Numbered from the stretch's first letter, positions 29,258 through 39,531 are shown. The stretch: 64,000 bases of DNA from Spirulina sp. (GCA_044070495.1 JBIPSI010000007.1:1-64000), one strand, 5' to 3'. The notes: generated from the letters alone by a model not told the origin. Numbers and translations are program-made.

Positions 29258-30094
29258 ATGACTGGTTCGCTATCCCCAGAACAGCGGCAGCTCTTGATGG
29301 CTGGCTACGTCCTCTACGATCTCGGTGCAGAGGAGGCCGCTAGCCTAGAAGCGTTGCTGGCCGAGCATCCTGAGCTACGGGATGAGTTGGCCCACCTACA
29401 AGCCACCTGGGAAACCGCCTGCGAGATGGTGCCCCAAGCTCCGCCCGCCCATCTGCGTGATGCCATCCTCCAGGCGGCGACCTTGGGACAGCAGCCCCAA
29501 GCGGCGGTCGCTAGCCCTGACTTATCCTCGGATTCTCCGCCTTCGGCAAATCTCACCGGGGTAGCTTCTCCCCAGGCCATGGAGGATGGGCAAAGCTGGG
29601 TGGTGGTTGGCCCTGGGCGCTGGTGGTGGAAAGGATTAGGGGCAGCGGCGGCGCTTCTCATTGTGGGATTAAGCGTCAGTAACCTGATGCTGTGGCGTGC
29701 CCTTCAGGCGGTTCAGCCAACCAACCCTGCGGGCGAAACCCTAACCGTGGCCCTCGGCGACCCCGCCGCTACCCCCGCCGCCAAAGTGCAGATCAACCCC
29801 CAAACCCTAGAAGGCTCGCTGACAGTAGAGAACCTGCCGCCCCTAGAACCGGGCCAAGTTTACGTGCTGTGGACGGTGGTTGACCCCAATGCGCCCGTCA
29901 CCGTAGACGATAAAAACGCCATTCTCACCACGGTGTTTACGGTAGATGACCAGGGCCGTCAATCCCAAGCCATCGACTTACCCAGCGTCTACCGCCGCGA
30001 TCCCAGCCTGATTCGCGCTGTGGCCATCACCCAAGAATCCGCCGACGCTCCCCAAGCCCACCGTTCCGCCCCAATTTTGATTCAGCCCCTATGA
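29258..30094 (+). CDS. Anti-sigma factor (RskA-like)
   Basis: LMAGYVLYDL N-terminus, one TM helix, LPPLEPGQVYVLW and AVAITQE; starts 5 nt after the sigma gene. Confidence 0.88.
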   Translation: MTGSLSPEQRQLLMAGYVLYDLGAEEAASLEALLAEHPELRDELAHLQATWETACEMVPQAPPAHLRDAILQAATLGQQPQAAVASPDLSSDSPPSANLTGVASPQAMEDGQSWVVVGPGRWWWKGLGAAAALLIVGLSVSNLMLWRALQAVQPTNPAGETLTVALGDPAATPAAKVQINPQTLEGSLTVENLPPLEPGQVYVLWTVVDPNAPVTVDDKNAILTTVFTVDDQGRQSQAIDLPSVYRRDPSLIRAVAITQESADAPQAHRSAPILIQPL

Positions 30095-30147
30095 TGCCGT
30101 CCCATTGATTCAGCGACTTTATACAGACTGACCAAGGCCCTCCAAGA

Positions 30148-31677
30148 ATGATGAACAGCCGCTACCTTGAAATAAATGATCTGCCGAAAACGAAGACATT
30201 GAAAGCGGTGGGACAGCGGCATCGGTGGTGGCGGGGGCTAGGGGCAGGATTGGGGCTAACGCTGCTAGGCGTGTGGACTCCGGTGCAGGCGGCCCTGTGT
30301 CCGTCCCAGTTGGCGGCGCGACTAGAGGCGGACCTCAACCAAGCGCCCCTTAATTCGGCCCAGGTGGGCATGGTGCTGCAAACCCAGGCGGCAAATCCTC
30401 AGCAGCGGCAGACGATCTACGCCAAGCAACCTAACCATCTGTTTACCCCAGCCTCGAATGTAAAACTGCTAACCACCGCAGCGGCCCTGCATCGACTGGG
30501 GCCAAGCTACCGCCTGCGTACCTCCGTCCATGGGGTGGCCACCCCTGGAGGGCTGACGACGCTGCGGGTGGTAGGGCGGGGCGACCCCACCTTCGGGCCG
30601 GATCAGATGGCGGATCTAGCCGATCAGTTACGGCAGACAGGTGTCACCCAAGTGAGCCGTTTGGTGCTGGATGACAGTTATTTTCCGGGCTGGGCCACCA
30701 ACCCCACCTGGGAATGGGAAGATGCCCAGTTTTACTTTGCGGTGCCCGTGAATGGGCTGATTTTCAATCAAAACGCGGTTCCGGTGCAGGTGGCTCCAAC
30801 CCAGGTGGGGCAGCCGTTGTATCTCACCGGGTTAGACGCCTTGCCCGCTGGCCCCTGGCCCTTGGTGAACCACAGCCTAACCGTGGCGGCGGGGGCGGCA
30901 GCGAATCCGATTTCCCTTCAGCGGCGAGGGGATTCTGCCCAGCTTTTCTTGACCGGGCACATGGCCGTTGATGCCCAACCTGCCACCTATACCCTCGGTG
31001 TACTGAACCCGGCTGAGCAGTTTGGGGCAGCGCTACAAAGCGAGCTAGCCCAGCAGGGGATTCGGACAGCCCAGGTGGATATCGCCCATACCCCCAGCCC
31101 CGTCCTCGGCCCCGAACTGGCGGCGGTGGAGTCGCCCCCCTTAGCCGAGTTGCTAGTACCCACCAACCGAGACAGCGATAATCTCTATGCCGAAGTGCTG
31201 CTGAAAACCTTGGGCGTCGTGGGGGCCGAAGAAGCTCCAGCGGATGCCAGTCGGGCGGGGGCTGAACACGTTAAGGCTGCGTTAACGGATCTAGGCATCA
31301 ACGCCGAACCTCTGCGGATTGCCGATGGTTCGGGCCTGTCGCGCCACAATTTGGTCAGTCCCCAAGCCTTTGTGGATACCCTACAAGCTATGGCCATCCA
31401 TCCCCAAAGCACCGTATTTCGTAATTCCTTGGCGGTGGCAGGGGAAAGCGGCACCCTACGTCATCGTTTGGTCAATACGCCCCTAGCCGGACGGGTACAG
31501 GGTAAATCGGGGGCACTAACGGGCAATGTGGCGCTCTCTGGCTATGTGCAGCCGCCCAACTATGATCCCCTCGTCTTTAGCGTGGTGATCAACCATTCCA
31601 ACCAGCACGCTAGGGTGCTACGGGCTAAAATTGATGAATGGCTTCTCTTAATTGCCCAACTTTCACCGGATTGCTAG
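30148..31677 (+). CDS. dacB: D-alanyl-D-alanine carboxypeptidase/endopeptidase (PBP4, peptidase S13)
   Basis: PASNVKLLT (SxxK), SDN (SxN), DGSGLSR and KSG motifs. Confidence 0.93.
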   Translation: MMNSRYLEINDLPKTKTLKAVGQRHRWWRGLGAGLGLTLLGVWTPVQAALCPSQLAARLEADLNQAPLNSAQVGMVLQTQAANPQQRQTIYAKQPNHLFTPASNVKLLTTAAALHRLGPSYRLRTSVHGVATPGGLTTLRVVGRGDPTFGPDQMADLADQLRQTGVTQVSRLVLDDSYFPGWATNPTWEWEDAQFYFAVPVNGLIFNQNAVPVQVAPTQVGQPLYLTGLDALPAGPWPLVNHSLTVAAGAAANPISLQRRGDSAQLFLTGHMAVDAQPATYTLGVLNPAEQFGAALQSELAQQGIRTAQVDIAHTPSPVLGPELAAVESPPLAELLVPTNRDSDNLYAEVLLKTLGVVGAEEAPADASRAGAEHVKAALTDLGINAEPLRIADGSGLSRHNLVSPQAFVDTLQAMAIHPQSTVFRNSLAVAGESGTLRHRLVNTPLAGRVQGKSGALTGNVALSGYVQPPNYDPLVFSVVINHSNQHARVLRAKIDEWLLLIAQLSPDC

Positions 31678-32279
31678 GATGTTCTCTGCCGTAATCCAGC
31701 CGTCTAGCGTCTTCAAGCCCGGACATATTTTATTAAGCTGGCTACAGCGATATCACCCAGGCTCTGACCTATCAAAGCTGCTTGGCTGTGTATGAGTACA
31801 CGATGTCTTCGTAGAGGGAAAAGGCCAATGACAGCATTTTCTTCACGGGTTCTTCGCGATTTACTAAAGCTAAATTTCCTAGCCTAGGAAAAATTCTGAA
31901 TGTAGGATTTTCCAGGGAAAAAACGTCTCCTTGTGGGAGTCTACGATTATGTATTCCTCCGGGAGGATGTTCCGCAGAGTCACAATTCAATGACCTTCAA
32001 AGACGGTGATGATATGAGGGACAGATGAGTGATTGGAGAACGGCAAATTTGCTGAACTGAGCCTTGCTGCCATGAGTCCTTTTTCCTCGCACTTAACCCA
32101 CTTCAACCCTCCAGACAGCTTCGAGGAGTTAATGATAGAATGAGGGCCTCAGCCCTTTTCTAGGGTAGTCTAGTCCACGAAAGATAAAGGACTTCAGGGC
32201 TTGACAGAAAAAGTGTCCGGATCATGGCCGCTTTAGGGGCTATGTTAAAGAATGGTAGACGCCTCTAGGGAATCGTGAC

Positions 32280-33923
32280 ATGGTTAAAGCATGGGTACAA
32301 TCACTTCAGTCAACGATTGATGTGCCCAACGTGCAGGTCGTCATGGTGGAAGCGGAGCCGATTCAGGTTATCCTCCGCAGCCAAAACTCATCTGCTATCA
32401 GCCAATCTCAACCCTGGGTAGCATGGCTGAAACGCCATTGGCCCGGAGATAGCCGTGAAGTCACCCTTGAAGCCTACTGTGGCAAAGTCTGTTTGTGGCG
32501 CGAAGTCGTTACCGTGACGGCTAGCATGGACCAGTTGCTTGCAGGTCTCACTTCCGACCTAGATACAGACTTTCCTATCGGTCAACCAGCCACTAACGCA
32601 GCCACCGTGACAAGTGGTATCAAGGCGTCCGATTATCAGCTTGCCTGGATTGGGCTAGCCGTTATTTTTTCCTTAAATACGTTATCACAGCGTTTAGGTG
32701 AGGTTGTTTCCATTAGCAATTTCCTAGAAAATGTTGGCGTTGACAGCATTTTTTTGATCTGGTTTTTGGATGCTGTCCTTCTCATTTTAGCAACGTCCTT
32801 TCAGTCTTTATTAGTAGATCGAATTTTTCGGCTAACTCTGACAAAAATTGTGGCTCTTGCGGTGGCTATCTTGTTTGCTCTGTGCTGGTTACTGATGGCC
32901 GTGGGAGCCCCCAGCAGCTTGACATTTACCCTAATGTTTTTGATTGCCCAACAGCAAACGGTCTTTGTCCCCGTCATCCTCTGGACCTTAGCAAATGATG
33001 TGTTCGACGTTGCCACAGGGCGGCGACTCTTTCCTCGCCTAGCGGCGGTTGCCTTCATTGGTAGCCTAGTTGGCAGTGGCATTGCGGCCCTGATGCCCCA
33101 TATTCAAGGTGGACTCGGTGTTGAGACAATTCTCCTCAGCAATGTAGCTATTTATTTAGGCATTATTTTAATCTTACAGCTAGGATTTAAGCCTGAGTGG
33201 ATTCGTAAAACTACCACCACCACGCTCAAGGCCGCAGACGTTCTCCAAGAAGGATTTGGCTTTATTAAAGATGTGCCAGCGTTTAAGTTTCTTATCCTCT
33301 CACTGGTTCTCCTCTACGCTGGCGATGTTTTGATTGAGTACTATTTCTTTGCTGCGACTAATGCCGTCTTTCCCGACCTTGACCAATTTCAGACCTTTTT
33401 CGGCATCTTCTCACTTCTGCGGCAGGTGGCCTATCTAATCATTCAGGTGTGGGTCGTAGAGCGTCTTATCAATGCGTTGGGCCTTCAGTCGATCTGGCTG
33501 GTGGCACCGATTGCAATGGTGCTAGCGGGCACGAGTGCATTGGGGGTGGCGGGACTGGCGGGGGCTGTTTTAAGTGTTACCTTGCTCAAACTTCCCCTCT
33601 ACGGTGTTGACGAGACGGCCCGGAAAAATCTCCAGGGATTAATTCCGGAAGAGCGGCGGGGTCGGGTGAGTCTCTTTATGGATGGTTACGTAATCGCCCT
33701 TGGCTCAATGATTGGTGCCATGATGGGGGCAGGGGCTTTATACCTGGGCACACAATTTGCCTTTCCGAGCCAAACTGGCCTTCGGCTGCTGGTTGTAGGG
33801 CTTGGTTGCGTTGCCATCTATATGGCGTTGCAGGTTCGCCGCACCTATGAGGCTTCGATGCTGAACTGGCGTCTCAAACGTCGTCAGCGCGGACGTTCCT
33901 CTATTCTTGATCAATTTCAGTAG
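32280..33923 (+). CDS. NTT/Tlc (ATP:ADP translocase)-like multi-pass transporter with soluble N-terminal extension
   Basis: About 12 TM helices; LWTLANDVFDVATGRRLFP and IPEERRGRVSLFMDG resemble NTT-family motifs. Confidence 0.7.
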   Translation: MVKAWVQSLQSTIDVPNVQVVMVEAEPIQVILRSQNSSAISQSQPWVAWLKRHWPGDSREVTLEAYCGKVCLWREVVTVTASMDQLLAGLTSDLDTDFPIGQPATNAATVTSGIKASDYQLAWIGLAVIFSLNTLSQRLGEVVSISNFLENVGVDSIFLIWFLDAVLLILATSFQSLLVDRIFRLTLTKIVALAVAILFALCWLLMAVGAPSSLTFTLMFLIAQQQTVFVPVILWTLANDVFDVATGRRLFPRLAAVAFIGSLVGSGIAALMPHIQGGLGVETILLSNVAIYLGIILILQLGFKPEWIRKTTTTTLKAADVLQEGFGFIKDVPAFKFLILSLVLLYAGDVLIEYYFFAATNAVFPDLDQFQTFFGIFSLLRQVAYLIIQVWVVERLINALGLQSIWLVAPIAMVLAGTSALGVAGLAGAVLSVTLLKLPLYGVDETARKNLQGLIPEERRGRVSLFMDGYVIALGSMIGAMMGAGALYLGTQFAFPSQTGLRLLVVGLGCVAIYMALQVRRTYEASMLNWRLKRRQRGRSSILDQFQ

Positions 33924-33955
33924 CCTGCCACCACTCTCTTAAGTAGCAATTCAAT

Positions 33956-35104
33956 ATGACTGTATCCGCCGAAATCCACTCAGATAAATTACGCAGAAAA
34001 CAGCGCTTCATTAGCTTACAGATTCGGTTGCTGGTTGGGTTCACCGTCATCTTCACAGGCGTGTTCTCAGCCGCCTACTACTGGTTCTATACCTTTACAA
34101 TTGAGAGCGCTGTTGCCAGCCTGCGAAGAGATTTGAATAACACGCTGGAGGGCGCTGCATCTGGCATTGACGGTGACGAGCTGCTAGATCTCTATAAAAC
34201 AGGGGAACCCAACGCCGAGGGCTTCTCGGATGATCCTCGCTATCTGAACCAACTTGCCTGGTTTGAGACGATTCAGCAGTTAGAACCTCGTGCCTGGCCC
34301 TACTCGTACACCATGGTCGGTCTAATGGGCCATGAAACGGCTCGAAAGCAGGTGCAGGAGGATGGCAAGGTGCGCGTTGAAACCTTTCAGCCCAGCGATG
34401 ATCGCCAGCTTGTCGGCTTAGTAGACCTGTGGGCCATTCGTGATCCGGCCAAATCCTACCTATTTCTCGACATGGGTGAAGCCAGTGACTATTCTGTGAT
34501 GGCCTGGAAGCAGGATCGGTTAGTAGAACGCCCCGACCTGTATACCGATGAATGGGGCGAGTGGTTTAGTTCCTATATCCCCATCCATAATTCAGATGGT
34601 GAAGTCGTAGCCCTTTTGGGTATCGATTTCGAGGCCAGCTACGTCAACCAACTGAAGCGATCCTTAGTGAATCAGATTATTATTTCGTTCAGTCTGGCCT
34701 ATGGCAGCCTATTTATTCTAGTTTATATAAGTGCTAGATTCTTTACACAACCGCTGAAGCGGTTGAGTTTTGCTGCCCAGAAGATTGCTAATGCAGATTA
34801 TGATGGCACTGAAGAACTAAAGCTTTTGAGCAATCGTAATCTACGTGATGAATTTACCGATCTCTCTGACACCTTCATTATGATGACTGCTAAAATTAGA
34901 GGCCGTGAAGAGGCCCTAAAAACAAGAGTTCAGAAGTTGCAAATAGAAATTGACGAAACCCGTAAACAACGTGAAGTCAATGAAATTGTTGAGTCTGATT
35001 TTTTTCAAGACTTACTACAAAAAGCCGAAAAAATCCGTCGCCGTTCTAGGGATTTTCGTGATGACTCGCCGAACTTAGACGACAATCTACCCAGTGAATC
35101 CTGA
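33956..35104 (+). CDS. Membrane receptor: TM - extracytoplasmic Cache-like domain - TM - HAMP - coiled coil, no output domain
   Basis: YTDEWGEWFSSYIPIHNSDGEVVALLGID Cache-like motif; HAMP PLKRLSFAAQKIA...DEFTDLSDTF; ends IEIDETRKQREVNEIVESDFFQDL. Confidence 0.8.
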   Translation: MTVSAEIHSDKLRRKQRFISLQIRLLVGFTVIFTGVFSAAYYWFYTFTIESAVASLRRDLNNTLEGAASGIDGDELLDLYKTGEPNAEGFSDDPRYLNQLAWFETIQQLEPRAWPYSYTMVGLMGHETARKQVQEDGKVRVETFQPSDDRQLVGLVDLWAIRDPAKSYLFLDMGEASDYSVMAWKQDRLVERPDLYTDEWGEWFSSYIPIHNSDGEVVALLGIDFEASYVNQLKRSLVNQIIISFSLAYGSLFILVYISARFFTQPLKRLSFAAQKIANADYDGTEELKLLSNRNLRDEFTDLSDTFIMMTAKIRGREEALKTRVQKLQIEIDETRKQREVNEIVESDFFQDLLQKAEKIRRRSRDFRDDSPNLDDNLPSES

Positions 35105-35430
35105 CACCTAGAAAAGCCGTCATAACGATGTTTTCTGCCTGCCTAACACAATACCGAAAAGCTTTGCTTTCCCGTAGTAGCGCATCTAGTCTAATGCATA
35201 GGGTGCATAACGCCAAGGCGAGGCTAGCGCCAACGCGAAGCAATGCACTACCCAAAGCCTTGAGAGAAACCAGACCCAATATTTTAGACCTGACGCACCA
35301 GTAGGTTGGCGCGATAGCAGCACCCAACCAGCCTGAAACCTATGGCGGGTATTGGGTTCCGCTCTGCTGTACGTAACCTACTTGAAGATATATCAGGCAA
35401 TCAGCGACCTTTTAGTGAGGATATCCCGTT

Positions 35431-36711
35431 TTGACTGCTCTGGTCATCTGCAATACCTATGAATCCTACGGTTCTTTCCTTCGCGATCTCAAGGGTCCCG
35501 TAGACCATGTTCATAGCGTTGGGGATCGCTCACTTTTTTACCTTTCCTGCCCTAAGATTTTAGTGACGAGTATTAGACCGCCCCATATTGATTATATTCA
35601 GTCCCTAGGCTACACCATTCAGTGCTTGTCACCCCGTCAGCCCAGTCCATCTATCTGTCGCGATTTGATAGATGACCCTGAACTCCGTCAGGCCCTTTTA
35701 GCCGCGATGGAGCATACATCACAGGTGGAGGTGATTCCCTACTGCAATACCCCTGATTTTTTTCAGATGGTGGCCCACTATCAAGCTGAATACCCGCTGG
35801 AAATCACAACACCGGAATCACCATCGGCCCAACTAAGCTGGCTTCGTGACGCCTTGGACCGCAAATCTGTATTTTCAATGTTGGCACCTTCACTTTTGGA
35901 GGGCACGGATTGCAAGCTAACCCCCCGTGTCGTGGCTGACTCGCTAGCCCAAGCGGCGGCAGCGGTTGAATCCTTTCTGATTCAAACCCAGTCCTGTGTT
36001 GTGAAGCCAGATGCCGGCTACCTCAGCTTGGGATTGATGCGATTCGACCCTGAAACAGCATGGACAAGGGAGAAAATCGAGGCACACCTTGGCACCAATG
36101 CAGCCCTTGGCCGTCGAAAACTGTCCGTTGAATCATGGATTCCCAGCGGAACAGACTGCCAATCACCTTCCGTTGAAGTGTTTGTACCGCACGAGGGCAA
36201 TCCCTACATCACCTATATTTGCGACCAGGTTTTCTCGGATTCTAATCTGTTCTCTGGGATTAGCCTGCGGCCTGAATTTTACGAAACAGCCTGGGCACAG
36301 ACCCTCAGCACAGGAGCATTGGCCATCGCACGACGGCTTCAGAGCTTAGGCTACTGTGGCTACTTCGATCTCGATGCAGTGGTTGATCCGGATGGGCAGG
36401 TATATGTCGTGGAGATGAATCCCCGTCGCACCGGTGGCACCCATGTTCATGAAATGGCGGAATTTCTGATTGGGAAAGACTACCGCAATAAGGCTGTGCT
36501 TTTGAGTGGTTCACTAACCCTTAAACGTCATTGTACGTGGCCAGAATTAGAGATGACTCTGCGGGATAATGACTTGCTATATCCCCAAGGACCAGTCGTT
36601 CCAGTACAGACATCGTCGTTGCCTGGAGGAGTTTTAAGCTATGCGGTGATAGCGGCAGATTGGGGCACGGTGAAGTTTTGGCAGGGACGGCTGCTAGCGT
36701 TATTAACGTAG
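35431..36711 (+). CDS. ATP-grasp-domain ligase
   Basis: CVVKPDAG, VESWI, SPSVE, GYFDLDAV and VVEMNPRRTGG (ExN metal site); TTG start uncertain. Confidence 0.8.
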   Translation: MTALVICNTYESYGSFLRDLKGPVDHVHSVGDRSLFYLSCPKILVTSIRPPHIDYIQSLGYTIQCLSPRQPSPSICRDLIDDPELRQALLAAMEHTSQVEVIPYCNTPDFFQMVAHYQAEYPLEITTPESPSAQLSWLRDALDRKSVFSMLAPSLLEGTDCKLTPRVVADSLAQAAAAVESFLIQTQSCVVKPDAGYLSLGLMRFDPETAWTREKIEAHLGTNAALGRRKLSVESWIPSGTDCQSPSVEVFVPHEGNPYITYICDQVFSDSNLFSGISLRPEFYETAWAQTLSTGALAIARRLQSLGYCGYFDLDAVVDPDGQVYVVEMNPRRTGGTHVHEMAEFLIGKDYRNKAVLLSGSLTLKRHCTWPELEMTLRDNDLLYPQGPVVPVQTSSLPGGVLSYAVIAADWGTVKFWQGRLLALLT

Positions 36712-36830
36712 TCATAGCTAACGGATGGGGCGGGCTCGACTGATCAGACTGCATCGTAGGTACTAACCGTCAGATAGAGCGTCCATTTTTGGATATCTCT
36801 GCCCTTCTGCATACGAGATTGGGTATAGGA

Positions 36831-37880
36831 CTAGTCTTCGTCGTAGCGATTCCGGATGATTTTTGACTTTTCAGCTATTCCCTTAAAGAAGTTATTATCG
36901 GCCATATCTTGTACTTCTTTCGCGTGTTTTTTCTCATCGATTTCAGTGTGCAAATCTGATGCCTGTTGCTTCAGCTTAAATTCACGCATTTTTATATGTT
37001 CGAGCATAGCCTTTAAGACCATAGCCAACTGGGTAATTTCATCTTCGATAAACGGCTGGGAGACCTCATTGAGGTCTTGACTATAGTTGCCATCCTCAAT
37101 GTCGTGGACAACTTTAGTAAGATTAATTGTGCAGCGGATGACACGATTAGCCAGAATGTAAATCAGGATAACTAGGATCGCATAACATCCTAAAAATGTG
37201 ATCAATACACGCTGGAAAATACCGCGCTTAATTTCGCCTAGGTACTCAGCAGTAAGATCGGCTCCAATGCCAAAACCCGGAACAATATTGCCCTGGCTAT
37301 CGCGAATAGGGGCATAGGCCGTGATCCATCCTCCCCACTGATCATAGAGGGGTACCTCAGGCCGATGGACAACAACCCCCTTCTCAAGGGTTTCAATCAT
37401 TTGCGGACTGGCGGCGTAGGGCTCTAGAAACTTAACAGACTTAGAAGGATCATAGTCCGACCAAAGATCTACTAAAAAGATGACTTCGTCATTGGTCAGC
37501 ACTGGTTCGCCCACCCGGCGCGTGTCTGGACGATTGCCACGCACGAAGGAATAGGGCCAAACGTCAGGATTGACATTGTGTACTTGCTGAAACCAATCCA
37601 TTTGCTGCCGATAGAGCAGGCTGTCGGAAAATCCTTCACGATTGGGTTGAGCCTCTCGGTAAAGGCGGATCATGTCCTCCCCAGAAACCCCAGCCGCCGC
37701 CGCAAGGAGAGCATCCTCTAGGTTTTTCCGCATTCGCTGAACCGCCACATCCACCGCAAAATTGTAGAGGAGATAAAAGAGGGTGCCAAAGGTCGCCGTG
37801 AAGAGGACAGTAAAAATGATTAACAGCTTAGCCCGAATACTAATAAACTTAACCGGCTTTTTCAAAGATTTTTGAATCAT
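36831..37880 (-). CDS. Second Cache-HAMP receptor without output domain (paralog of 33956-35104)
   Basis: Shares PN.EGFSD, WPYS, LVDLW..DP.KS and W.....PI and EID.K...V....FF segments with the first copy. Confidence 0.8.
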   Translation of the reverse strand: MIQKSLKKPVKFISIRAKLLIIFTVLFTATFGTLFYLLYNFAVDVAVQRMRKNLEDALLAAAAGVSGEDMIRLYREAQPNREGFSDSLLYRQQMDWFQQVHNVNPDVWPYSFVRGNRPDTRRVGEPVLTNDEVIFLVDLWSDYDPSKSVKFLEPYAASPQMIETLEKGVVVHRPEVPLYDQWGGWITAYAPIRDSQGNIVPGFGIGADLTAEYLGEIKRGIFQRVLITFLGCYAILVILIYILANRVIRCTINLTKVVHDIEDGNYSQDLNEVSQPFIEDEITQLAMVLKAMLEHIKMREFKLKQQASDLHTEIDEKKHAKEVQDMADNNFFKGIAEKSKIIRNRYDED

Positions 37881-38433
37881 AGTCTTTCCCCATATCGAAA
37901 TCCCCGAAATCAGTATGATTGATCGTGAGGGCTAGAAGTTGCTGCTGTCTAAGACACTCTCTTTTCGCTTATGCCAAGCCAATCGCCCGACTAACATGCT
38001 GATATTAAAGGTTTGAACCACTTTCAGTTTTGACATCAGGGCAGTGATGGCTGCAACAAAGGCAACGATGCAATGGAGATTACTCCTTAATCAGTCTATT
38101 CGCGTTAGCCAGCCTGTCATGGTGAGCATAGCAATAATTAACGACTCTAAAATACTATCCTAGCCCAATCATATAGCCCTGAGCATCATTATCCAGAGAG
38201 AGGAAATCTCTAGCCACTATATCTAACGACGATGATTTCGGATAACTTTTGTGCGAAGGAATTTCCGAGCAGCAAAAGCCCGAGTAATAGGGTAAGGTTG
38301 GCTTCCGAAGAACGATGCACAGGAAGTTTCGGCATGGCAATCTAGCGGTAACGGCAGGGATGGAGACGACCGGGGGCTAGCTAATCAATACTGACATCGG
38401 CAAGGGATATCAGGGAAATCGGCCCAAAAGGGT

Positions 38434-39531
38434 CTAGTAATCATCAGGTTCTTGGTAAATGGCGGTACCTCCGGTGTAGGTTCGCAGAACGATCTGCTGG
38501 TCAGGGCCTTGGCCGAGGATGGTTGGTGGCGACACCACGACCTTGCCGCCGCCACCGGGGGCATCCACGACGTATTTGGGTACGGCATAGCCGCTGGTAT
38601 AGCCCTGTAGCTGGGAGATGATCTCCAGTCCCTTGGCAATGGAGGTACGAAAATGCCCTGCTCCGGCCACCAAGTCACACTGGTATAGATAGTAGGGGCG
38701 CACCCGGTTTTTGACGAGCCGGTGCAGGAGTTGGCGCTGTACCTCCACCGTGTCGTTAATGCCCGCCAGCAAAACACTTTGGTTGCCGAGGGGAATGCCA
38801 GCATCCGCTAGGCGTGCGAGGGCCAAGGACACCTCGTCCGTGATCTCACGGGGATGGTTGCTGTGGATGTTGATCCAAAGGGGATGGAACTGGCGCAACA
38901 GGTCACACAACTCAGGGGTGATGCGCTGGGGCAAGAATATCGGCACTCGACTGCCAATGCGAATAATCTCGATATGCTGGATGGCCCTCAATTCCTTGAG
39001 CAGGTGCCCTAGGGCCACATCGGAGAGCGTAAGGGGATCCCCGCCGCTGATCAGCACATCGCGAACTTCAGGGTGCTGCCTAAGGTAGTCGATTTGAGCT
39101 TCTAGGTTGTCTAATCCGGGAGTTTGGTGAAAATCCCCTACGATACGACTGCGAGTGCAGTAGCGGCAATAGCTGGCGCAGTGCGTCGTGACAATCATCA
39201 GCACCCGATCCGGATAGCGATGAACCAGTCCCGGCACCGGGCTTTGTTTTTCCTCGCACAGACTATCCACCATCAGTTCGTCCATCGGCTTTAGCTCTCG
39301 CCCCAAGGGGATCACCTGCCGCCGAATGGGACAATTCAGATCCGTCGGGTCAATCAGCTGGGCAAAGTAGGGGGTAATGTCCACCCGAAAATGACCTGGT
39401 GCACTCAGTCCTTCTCGTTCCTCAGGGCTGAGGTGGATCAAATCTTCTAATTCGTCCATTGAATTTAGACGGTGCTTGAGCTGCCAACGCCAGTCCTGCC
39501 AGTCCTTTGTGGGAACATCCGTCCATTTCAT
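38434..39531 (-). CDS. kamA: Lysine 2,3-aminomutase family radical SAM protein
   Basis: W.DWRWQL, GLVHRYPDRVL, CASYCRYC, LISGGD, YYLYQCDL and DAPGGGGK (PLP lysine). Confidence 0.9.
   Translation of the reverse strand: MKWTDVPTKDWQDWRWQLKHRLNSMDELEDLIHLSPEEREGLSAPGHFRVDITPYFAQLIDPTDLNCPIRRQVIPLGRELKPMDELMVDSLCEEKQSPVPGLVHRYPDRVLMIVTTHCASYCRYCTRSRIVGDFHQTPGLDNLEAQIDYLRQHPEVRDVLISGGDPLTLSDVALGHLLKELRAIQHIEIIRIGSRVPIFLPQRITPELCDLLRQFHPLWINIHSNHPREITDEVSLALARLADAGIPLGNQSVLLAGINDTVEVQRQLLHRLVKNRVRPYYLYQCDLVAGAGHFRTSIAKGLEIISQLQGYTSGYAVPKYVVDAPGGGGKVVVSPPTILGQGPDQQIVLRTYTGGTAIYQEPDDY

Noticed and set aside
32030..32075. c-di-GMP-I riboswitch upstream of the transporter (GGCAAA...GCTGCC)
   Set aside because: Too short; I could not find the GNRA-capped P2 stem or a P3 stem.
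38434..39531. EF-P modification enzyme EpmB
   Set aside because: The motifs are KamA-like (W.DWRWQL N-terminus, YYLYQCDL, DAPGGGGK), and no efp or epmA gene is adjacent.
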